From NCBI GenBank assembly GCA_902764545.1, contig CACWWC010000008.1, positions 9,191-73,190 on the forward strand: DNA of 64,000 bases. The letters are read 5' to 3'. Below the pieces are notes generated by a model that was not told the origin of the DNA, did no database searches, and saw only the letters and a program-made list of their open reading frames with translations. The position numbers and the translations under genes are program-made. This DNA comes from an uncultured Erysipelotrichaceae bacterium (GTDB taxonomy: Bacteria; Bacillota_I; Bacilli_A; RF39; UBA660). Shown here in pieces: positions 58,770-64,000 of the stretch. How positions within the stretch are numbered: the stretch's first letter is position 1; each line of letters opens with the position of its first letter.

Positions 58770-59069
58770 ATGAATGAATTTGAAGAGAAAGATTATGCAG
58801 GAGCAAGAAGTTATGCAGATGCAGTAAAAACAAATGCAGATAATATCATGGGTATTTTCAATGATATTGATGGTGTTATGAATAACTTATACGGAGCAAA
58901 TTGGCAAAGTACAGGTGCAGATAGTGCCAGAGATAGATATAATCAAATTCGTAAAAATTATGAAGTTTTTTATGAAAAAGTTGTTGCAATGAAAACTCAT
59001 ATATATAATGTTACAGCTGCTAATGAAGAAGCAGATGCAGCTGCAAGTCAAACAATTTCAAGTATATAA
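58770..59069 (+). CDS. WXG100-like small helical protein (variant W-Q-S-T-G loop)
   Basis: AAGGAGG RBS. 99 aa, YGANWQSTGADSARDRY. Adjacent to a canonical WXG100 gene, as in EsxA/EsxB-type pairs. Confidence 0.65.
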   Translation: MNEFEEKDYAGARSYADAVKTNADNIMGIFNDIDGVMNNLYGANWQSTGADSARDRYNQIRKNYEVFYEKVVAMKTHIYNVTAANEEADAAASQTISSI

Positions 59070-59080
59070 TATTGAATCTT

Positions 59081-59107
59081 AAAGACTATGAGAATAGTCT
59101 TTTTTTA
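59081..59107 (+). terminator. Rho-independent terminator
   Basis: AAAGACTAT-GAGA-ATAGTCTTT stem followed by a T-run. Confidence 0.8.
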
Positions 59108-59141
59108 GAATAGATAAATAAAATAATTGGAGAAAAAAACT

Positions 59142-59954
59142 ATGAATGAATACAGTGTTTCAAACTATGATATTTTTAATAATGCTACTGAAACAGCTGA
59201 TAGCTTAAGTAAAACGTTAACTACTGCAAAAAGTGAAATTGAAAGTTGCTCAACTCAATTAAAAAATGAATCAATATTTTTTGGCCCAGTAAGTGATCAG
59301 GCAACAGAAGGTTGTGAAAAGGCCCTGTCAAAGGCAGAAGTATTAAATAATAATTCGGGAATTATAAAGAATTATTTACAACAAACATCTACAAATTATC
59401 AATTGGGAGATAATAAGGCAGAACAAGAAATACTATCTACTTCAACTGATGGCAAAATGATTTTAGATGGAAATGTAATTGACACAACAAAACCAGTGAC
59501 GACAGGAGCGAAATACAATTTGTCAGATGATGATCTAGCTTTTCTAGGATACGTTGCCTCATCAGAACAAGGTAGTGTTGATGGAGCAAAACTAGAGCTA
59601 TCTCTTATGGCAAATCTATATGAGGAAAATAAGGATCATTATAGCAGTGTAAGAGATTATGTAGAAAACAGTGGATGGTTTGGAAGTTCCTACGGAAGCG
59701 AATATAACTACCCAGGAGATGAGTATATAGATGTTACAAAAGACGTACTTGTAAATGGTAATCGTTATCTAAATTCCAATGTTGTTGAACATGATTATTT
59801 AGGAGACATCGTATCTTGCAGTACGGGAGATGTATATGATAAGAGTTGTTATGTACCAGAAGAAACAGTACTGGAAAATCAATGGGGAGCAAAATATGTC
59901 TTTGTTGGGTTTGCTCCAAACGATGGGGATCCATTTGGTTATTTAGTAGATTAG
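59142..59954 (+). CDS. LXG/WXG-like N-terminal domain (type iii, F-x-G loop) fused to domain X (same as 56639 C-terminus)
   Basis: ATG 59142 lies 9 nt after GGAG (track TTG 59127). MNEYSVSNYDIFNNA...ESIFFGPVSDQA parallels the 60046 N-terminus. The C-terminal 163 aa are nearly identical to the 56639 C-terminus. Confidence 0.65.
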   Translation: MNEYSVSNYDIFNNATETADSLSKTLTTAKSEIESCSTQLKNESIFFGPVSDQATEGCEKALSKAEVLNNNSGIIKNYLQQTSTNYQLGDNKAEQEILSTSTDGKMILDGNVIDTTKPVTTGAKYNLSDDDLAFLGYVASSEQGSVDGAKLELSLMANLYEENKDHYSSVRDYVENSGWFGSSYGSEYNYPGDEYIDVTKDVLVNGNRYLNSNVVEHDYLGDIVSCSTGDVYDKSCYVPEETVLENQWGAKYVFVGFAPNDGDPFGYLVD

Positions 59955-60045
59955 GAAAGGACAATAATTCGACATCCAGAATAATCAAATTATTGTATAT
60001 TAATCTTAAATATGATAGAATTAGATTATCATAGGGAGTGATTTT

Positions 60046-60831
60046 ATGAACGAATATAATGTTTCTGATTATGGTATATTTAATAACGCAGTAGGGACTG
60101 TAGACGGATTAAGCAAGGTTTTAAGCACTGTAAAAGATGAAATAAGTACTTGCTCACAACAATTAGGCAACGAATCAATATTCATGGGTCCTATAAGCGA
60201 GCAGGCTGTTGAAGGATGTACAACTGCATCATTAAGAGCTGACTCATTATCAACCAACTGCAGTACTATAAAAAGTTATTTAGTAGAAACCTCAACAAAT
60301 TATCAATCTGGAGATAGTAAAGCACAACTAAAAGTATTATCTACCGGAGCAAATGGAGAATTAGGTACATCAACTTCAAGTGCAAACTTTAGTGGAGATA
60401 CTAATCAAGATAAACTATATAGTTATTTATCATCTCAAGGTTTCAATAATGCAGCAATATGTGGTATTCTAGCTAATATTGAGAGTGAATCTGGATTTAG
60501 CACTACCGCACTTGGAGATGGTGGAACATCATATGGAATATGTCAATGGCACGAAGGAAGATGGGATAGTCTGAAAGATTATTGCAGTGAAAATAATCTT
60601 GATTCAGATTCTCTTGAAGGACAAGCTCAATATTTAGTAAGTGAATTAAAAAATAGTTATCCTGATGTATATGAGACATTACAAAATGTACCAAATACAG
60701 CAGAAGGAGCATATCAAGCAGCATATAAATGGACAACTGATTTTGAAATCCCTGAAGATAAATACAGTGAAGGAGAAAATAGAGGAGATAATGCTCAAAC
60801 AACATATTGGGAAAAGTATGGAAGCAAATAA
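60046..60831 (+). CDS. LXG/WXG-like N-terminal domain (type iii) fused to phage-tail-lysozyme-type muramidase domain
   Basis: MNEYNVSDYGIFNNA...ESIFMGPISEQA. C-terminal AICGILANIESESGFSTTALGDGGTSYGICQWHEGRW...LEGQAQYLVSEL matches the phage tail lysozyme family pattern. Confidence 0.7.
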   Translation: MNEYNVSDYGIFNNAVGTVDGLSKVLSTVKDEISTCSQQLGNESIFMGPISEQAVEGCTTASLRADSLSTNCSTIKSYLVETSTNYQSGDSKAQLKVLSTGANGELGTSTSSANFSGDTNQDKLYSYLSSQGFNNAAICGILANIESESGFSTTALGDGGTSYGICQWHEGRWDSLKDYCSENNLDSDSLEGQAQYLVSELKNSYPDVYETLQNVPNTAEGAYQAAYKWTTDFEIPEDKYSEGENRGDNAQTTYWEKYGSK

Positions 60832-60858
60832 AAAAGATGAAAAATTTCATCTTTTTTT
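60831..60858. terminator. Bidirectional terminator between convergent genes
   Basis: AAAAAGATGAAA / TTTCATCTTTTT hairpin, A-run on one side and T-run on the other. Overlaps the stop of the minus-strand gene. Confidence 0.7.
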
Positions 60859-62863
60859 ATTCTGCTAAAACAATTGAAATTGTACTACAAGAAGTAGTAG
60901 TACCACTTCTAAAACCGTCTATAAAATCATTTGTATTAAATCCATCTGCCTTTCTACATGAAACATTAACTGTTAATCCAGGATAACTAGATTCAAGTTG
61001 TTTTTTAACATTAGCTGCAGCATCACTACAACTATTAAAACCATCTGTAGCCGAAGAGATACGTGACTTTAATATTGTGTATTGTTCACAAGTTTTTACA
61101 GGAGCAGCAGGCTCTGGTGTTTTAGAACTACTATTATTTGAAGAGTTATTGGAACTACTACCATTACTATTATTGGTGTTGGAATTATTGCTTTTAGAAC
61201 CGCTATCTTTATTATTGTTAGCACTTTCAGAATTATTACTATTCTTTCTTTTATTAACTGTACTTTCATCACTCTTACCATTACTTAAATTAACAGTAAT
61301 AGTAGTAGTACAACTAACCTCACTTCCTGAACTGATAGATTGATTAACAACTTTATCTTTTGCTTTATCACTAGATACATAAACAAAACTATATTCCAAA
61401 TTTGCTTTTTTTAATTTAGATATCGCATCAGCCTTACTTAAGCCTTTTAAATCAGGTACCTTACAATTCTCACCATCACTTATTGTAACAACAATTGCTT
61501 CATCATTTTTTATAGTTTGTCCTTTTTTAATAGAATAACTAATAACCTCCCCAGCCTTAACAGACTGACTAAACTCATGTCTCACTTCATATTTAATTTC
61601 ATACTTATCAGCCCAGTTATAAAAATCATCAATTGTCTTAAAGCTAGGCATTTTTAATTTCCCACGAGATAGTGTAACTTTAATAACTGTCCCTTGTTCA
61701 ACAATCTCACCTTTTTCTCTATCAACATTAATAACATTACCAGACTTAACACTATCATCATATTTATCTATAAATTCTAGCTTTAATCTGTTTTTAACAG
61801 CCCATTCAGTAAGTTTAGTAATAGACATATTTTTAAGGCTAGGAATTTTAACTTTAGGACCTTTGCTTATGGTAACAACAATTTCCTTATCATCAACTTG
61901 AACAACCTCTCCAGCTGGAATACTTTGACTACAAGCAAATCCTTTTTTTATTTTATTAGAAAAGTCATATTCGAATTTGTATCGTAAATGATGCTGTTTC
62001 ATATAAAATTCAATCTCAAATTTACTTTTATTGGTAAAATCAATTAGTTTAACATCATTAGAGTTACCCTCATCACCATAAGAAAAAGTTAATTTTAATT
62101 CTTCATCTCTTTTTAAATTGCCACTTTTGCTTTGCTCAATAACGGTATCTTTTAACTTATCAGATTCAATAAAATCTATAACTACGTTATTTAAATAATT
62201 CTTTTTAACATAATTAATAACTCTTTCACTATCCCAAGTTAGCATACTAGGAATAATTATCTCTTTGTATGGACTTGGACCATCACTAACAGAAACCTTA
62301 ATACTATTAACATTTTTAAGACTAGAATCAAAATCTTTATCTTGACTGATTATTTTATACTCTTCAACCATATCACTATATTCAAAATCAGTATCTAAAT
62401 TAATATTATTCTTATTTGCCCATTTAATAGCCTCTGTTAAAGACTTACCCCTAAGATCCTCAACAGTATTAATAGGTGAGTTAAAAATATTAAGATTATT
62501 ATTAATATCATAAGAATAATATGCCAATAAAAGTATCATTAAAAACAAACTAGATATTTTATTTTTATTATTAGTAGTAAGACCAACAATAACAAAAATA
62601 AAAGTAAATATAATAAGAATAGAACAATTAATAATAGAATTAATTGAAGAAGAATTATCAACAATATTTAAATAAAAATAAATACCAGCAAAGATTAGTA
62701 CAATGCAACTAAAAATAATATTAAGAATAGATTTATTACAATTATTATTTTTAGTAGTCTTTTTATCTAAAACTTTATCTTTAGAAATAATCCTATCCGT
62801 GTCTTCTTTTTTAATCGTGTTTTTCTTTTCCATTTTATCATCACTATTTATGTTCTTGGCCAT
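60857..62863 (-). CDS. Multi-PASTA-repeat membrane protein without kinase or PBP domain
   Basis: AGGAGG RBS. Short K-rich cytoplasmic N-terminus, 3 TM helices, about 6 PASTA-like repeats (e.g. VPDLKGLSKADAISKLKKANLEYSFVY...VVNQSISSGSEV), S/N-rich low-complexity linker, Cys-containing C-terminal domain. Confidence 0.7.
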   Translation of the reverse strand: MAKNINSDDKMEKKNTIKKEDTDRIISKDKVLDKKTTKNNNCNKSILNIIFSCIVLIFAGIYFYLNIVDNSSSINSIINCSILIIFTFIFVIVGLTTNNKNKISSLFLMILLLAYYSYDINNNLNIFNSPINTVEDLRGKSLTEAIKWANKNNINLDTDFEYSDMVEEYKIISQDKDFDSSLKNVNSIKVSVSDGPSPYKEIIIPSMLTWDSERVINYVKKNYLNNVVIDFIESDKLKDTVIEQSKSGNLKRDEELKLTFSYGDEGNSNDVKLIDFTNKSKFEIEFYMKQHHLRYKFEYDFSNKIKKGFACSQSIPAGEVVQVDDKEIVVTISKGPKVKIPSLKNMSITKLTEWAVKNRLKLEFIDKYDDSVKSGNVINVDREKGEIVEQGTVIKVTLSRGKLKMPSFKTIDDFYNWADKYEIKYEVRHEFSQSVKAGEVISYSIKKGQTIKNDEAIVVTISDGENCKVPDLKGLSKADAISKLKKANLEYSFVYVSSDKAKDKVVNQSISSGSEVSCTTTITVNLSNGKSDESTVNKRKNSNNSESANNNKDSGSKSNNSNTNNSNGSSSNNSSNNSSSKTPEPAAPVKTCEQYTILKSRISSATDGFNSCSDAAANVKKQLESSYPGLTVNVSCRKADGFNTNDFIDGFRSGTTTSCSTISIVLAE

Positions 62864-62954
62864 ATTCCAACCTCCTATCTTTATATATATTTTACTAGAA
62901 TAGAAAAGAAAAGTCTATTTCTAGCAATAAAGTTGACATTTTATCTATATTTAC

Positions 62955-62983
62955 TTGACAAGCGTAAAAAATACACATAGAAT
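62955..62983 (+). promoter_or_regulatory. sigma-A type promoter
   Basis: TTGACA (62955-62960), 17-nt spacer, TAGAAT (62978-62983). Confidence 0.6.
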
Positions 62984-63002
62984 ATAGTTAGAGGTGATAA
63001 CA

Positions 63003-63593
63003 ATGCAACAAAAAGTAGGAGTTTTCTTAGCACGAATGCAACCAGTACATAATGCTCATTTGTTTTTAGTAGAAAAAGCATTAGAAGAAAATGATAAAGT
63101 ACTAATTGTACTAGGTAGTGAAAATAAGGTTGATATGTTAAGAAATCCATATGATATAAAACTAAGAGAATTAATGTTAAGGGAATGCTTAAGTGATGAG
63201 GAAAATGAGAAATTAGAAATAGTCACATTACCGGATTGGTCAATGGAGTCAGACATAGATAATGACAAGATTTGGGGAAGATATTTCTATTACAATGTCG
63301 TTTCAAGAATAGGTCAAAAGAGATTTTCGCTTTACTATTCAGACGATCCTAAAATATTAGATAGTTGGTTTAATGACACTGAAGTAAGAGATTTTATAAC
63401 ATATCGGAATTTTGAAAGAAGTGAATTATTTGAAGGATTATCTTCAACAAAGATTAGAGATGCTTTTATAGAAGGTAACAAACAATATATAAAAAGGTAC
63501 TGTCCTAAATCTGTCCAAGATAGATTTGATTATTTAAGAGGACATTATCAAGATGTGAAAAAAAATCCAAAAAGTGATTTTTCAATGGAGTAA
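63003..63593 (+). CDS. Nicotinamide-nucleotide adenylyltransferase, NadM-like (cytidylyltransferase fold)
   Basis: ATG 63003 lies 6 nt after GAGGTGA (track GTG 62994). GVFLARMQPVHNAH corresponds to the G-x-F-x-G-R-F-Q-P-x-H-x-G-H nucleotidyltransferase motif (partly diverged). Confidence 0.65.
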   Translation: MQQKVGVFLARMQPVHNAHLFLVEKALEENDKVLIVLGSENKVDMLRNPYDIKLRELMLRECLSDEENEKLEIVTLPDWSMESDIDNDKIWGRYFYYNVVSRIGQKRFSLYYSDDPKILDSWFNDTEVRDFITYRNFERSELFEGLSSTKIRDAFIEGNKQYIKRYCPKSVQDRFDYLRGHYQDVKKNPKSDFSME

Positions 63594-63596
63594 GAT

Positions 63597-64000
63597 ATGA
63601 GAGTAGGATATGAATTGTATAAAAACCAAGGAATCCATGTCATTACATCACTATTTACAGTAGAACAAGGAGTAGTAAAAGTATTACTAATAAAAAGAAA
63701 AAACGAACCTTTTTTTGGAGATTGGGTACTAACTGGTGGAGCTCTTTATAATAATGAGTCTCTAGAAGAAGGTGCATATAGAGAATTAAAAGAAAAAACA
63801 GGAATTGAAAATATTCCAATCAAACAATTTAAAGCATTTGGAAGAGTAGATAGATCACCCGTCATGAGAATGGTGGCCATAGCCTATATTGGAATCATTG
63901 ACTCTAAAAGAGTAAATATAATAAGAAAATCACGAAATACATCTGGTGCCGACTGGGTACCAATTGATAAAATACCACATTTAGGATATGATCATAACGA
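63597..64000 (+). CDS. Nudix-domain protein, NrtR-like (NAD-metabolism regulator candidate), 3' end cut by window edge
   Basis: Own translation from ATG 63597: MRVGYELYKNQGIHV...GDWVLTGGALYNNESLEEGAYRELKEKTGIE (Nudix box)...RVDRSPVMRMVAIAY...LGYDHN. Absent from the track because it runs off the window. Confidence 0.6.
   Translation, partial: MRVGYELYKNQGIHVITSLFTVEQGVVKVLLIKRKNEPFFGDWVLTGGALYNNESLEEGAYRELKEKTGIENIPIKQFKAFGRVDRSPVMRMVAIAYIGIIDSKRVNIIRKSRNTSGADWVPIDKIPHLGYDHN

Noticed and set aside
48407-62863. Searched for T7SS core genes (EssC-type FtsK/SpoIIIE ATPase, EsaA, EssA/B) and small immunity genes around the WXG100 cluster
   Set aside because: No ORF here has double or triple P-loop FtsK-like features, and no unassigned small ORFs lie between the effector-like genes. 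The machinery, if any, must lie outside this window.

Overview
AT-rich (roughly 70% A+T by eye, not computed) chromosomal segment of a low-GC Gram-positive bacterium (Bacillota). The taxon cannot be fixed from sequence alone. Standard genetic code, dense coding, many near-consensus sigma-A promoters and hairpin terminators. A housekeeping core (pcrA, ligA, gatCAB, LTA synthase, GT8, two GGDEF proteins, YihY) occupies about 28.4-48.4 kb and is flanked by two cell-surface accessory regions. (1) 1.8-28.3 kb holds a thioester adhesin with a cognate sortase, followed by a ~23.5 kb multi-operon locus (4.7-28.3 kb). That locus encodes up to 11 secreted proteins with SipW-type (TasA/camelysin-like, ...T-Y-A-W-F) signal peptides, including five enlarged paralogs, a 1024-aa GLUG-repeat protein, a dockerin-bearing protein and a DUF6273-like fusion. 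It also encodes two SipW-like ER-type signal peptidases, two membrane proteins whose ectodomains resemble SipW peptidases but lack the catalytic motifs, a membrane-anchored McrB-like AAA+ ATPase with a DUF2357-like partner, and large cytoplasmic proteins of unknown function. I consider this the best candidate for an undescribed system: an ATPase-associated TasA-type surface fibre or appendage assembly machine. (2) 48.4-62.9 kb is a cell-wall region. It contains an LCP-PASTA protein, a 1188-aa glucosaminidase, and five signal-peptide-less mosaic proteins that combine three WXG/LXG-like N-terminal domain types with three peptidoglycan-hydrolase C-terminal domain types, interleaved with three WXG100 proteins. 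No T7SS core genes and no immunity genes are in view. A kinase-less multi-PASTA membrane protein follows. The window ends with a NadM-like adenylyltransferase and an NrtR-like Nudix gene. I recognised no rRNA, tRNA, CRISPR array, transposase or integrase. All family assignments rest on motifs read by eye and recalled family signatures, and need HMM or structure confirmation.
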